From the NCBI GenBank assembly GCA_964430885.1, contig CAYSHM010000027.1, positions 1 to 46,412 of the forward strand: 46,412 nt of DNA. Reading direction: 5' to 3'. Source of the DNA: an uncultured archaeon (lineage in GTDB: Archaea; Thermoplasmatota; Penumbrarchaeia; JASLWR01). Position 1 is the stretch's first letter; every line of letters starts with the position of its first letter. The notes under the pieces are model-generated. The model was not told the origin of the DNA. It did no database searches and worked only from the letters and a program-made list of their open reading frames with translations. Of this stretch, positions 46,390 through 46,412 are shown in pieces. The position numbers and the translations under genes were made by a program.

Positions 46390-46412
46390 TTATTTTTCAA
46401 TCGATATAACTC

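Overview
This is a gene-dense window that looks archaeal, most consistent with an anaerobic, protein-degrading Thermoplasmatota. That is an inference from the archaeal-type CoaD/PyrH/DUF2116 genes, GGTGA/GGAGG ribosome-binding sites, TTTATATA boxes, a gingipain-like peptidase and double-wHTH membrane regulator. From left to right: the 3' part of a tyrosine recombinase; a very large Lhr helicase with an apparently duplicated C-terminal winged-helix module; coaD, DUF2116 and pyrH; and a surface/signalling region (8.7-26.7 kb). That region holds an integrin-alpha-like FG-GAP/FN3 protein, a TraB/GumN-like protein, a membrane-tethered double-wHTH regulator behind a perfect 16-bp palindrome, a Zn-ribbon membrane protein, an unannotated 25-aa sORF, a nucleotide-sugar dehydrogenase, two unusual TPR proteins and a PKD protein. 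Next come a K+ channel, a Zn-ADH pseudogene, a membrane-anchored cyclophilin and an acyl-CoA/ETF catabolic cluster. The window ends with a C25 peptidase, DUF92, an aRF1 paralog (GGWSQ) and an aminotransferase. The most interesting signal is that unrelated single-pass surface proteins share short modules: a juxtamembrane I-[DK]-DYLW motif, an acidic tail with an LYG motif, and an identically spaced C-terminal CxxC-x16-CxxC ribbon. These sit near a membrane-tethered transcription factor and Trp-acidic/WWC-finger TPR proteins, which may reflect an undescribed archaeal transmembrane sorting or signalling system. This is a hypothesis only. All family calls come from motif recognition by eye; no searches were run. 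No rRNA, tRNA or CRISPR array was recognised.
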